Of a stretch of DNA of 64,000 nucleotides, positions 63,893 to 64,000 are shown in pieces (the first letter of the stretch is position 1; each line of letters opens with the position of its first letter). Position numbers and translations under genes: made by a program. The stretch lies in the NCBI RefSeq assembly GCF_006345805.1, contig NC_042998.1, forward strand, positions 156,488,001-156,552,000, read 5' to 3'. The DNA comes from Octopus sinensis. Taxonomy: Eukaryota. The notes under the pieces are model-generated. The model was given only the letters and a program-made list of their open reading frames with translations. It made no database searches and had not been told where the DNA came from.

Positions 63893-64000
63893 TGTTGTGT
63901 GTAGTTTGTGTTCTAATGGGATAGACAACCAAATGAAAGCCATTGTTATTGTTTACGTGTTTATTGACTTTTCATGTTACACCGACTCGACCTTCAGCAT
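63893..64000 (-). repeat. 5' LTR (partial, window edge)
   Basis: 7 mismatches in 108 bp vs 60351-60458. Confidence 0.92.

Larger units (their letters stand above)
60351..64000 (-). mobile_element. Ty3/Gypsy LTR retrotransposon lacking RT/RNase H (continues beyond the window)
   Basis: LTRs, PBS, PPT, gag (ATG about 63769), protease LKIDTGAQ...AILGLD, and integrase HQGH..CHIC, D(VDLF), D(CDNG), E(IERQVQ). No RT motifs. Confidence 0.93.

Overview
AT-rich animal genomic DNA, most likely a cephalopod (octopus-like); this assignment is inferred from the SINE/RTE/CR1 families and the very long (TA)n tracts. Most of the window is nested transposable elements and microsatellites: RTE and CR1-type LINEs, two Penelope-like elements (PLEs), two hAT transposons with TIRs/TSDs, pogo, piggyBac and mariner derivatives, three non-autonomous Helitrons, two solo LTRs and an RT-deleted Ty3/Gypsy element. 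I recognise only two host coding features: the terminal RING exon of TMEM129 (40894-41148, +) and an intact, intronless, divergent glycogen phosphorylase ORF (51710-54205, -) whose N-terminal phospho-regulatory motif is remodelled. Other notable observations are three hammerhead-ribozyme-like motifs read directly from the sequence (2431-2468, 10361-10498, 28521-28563), a near-full-length U6 snRNA fused to a CR1/SINE 3' tail and inserted without a TSD into the Gypsy integrase, and two duplication/inversion rearrangements. ORFs running through (TA)n/(CA)n tracts are artefacts. All family assignments are from motif recognition; no database searches were run.
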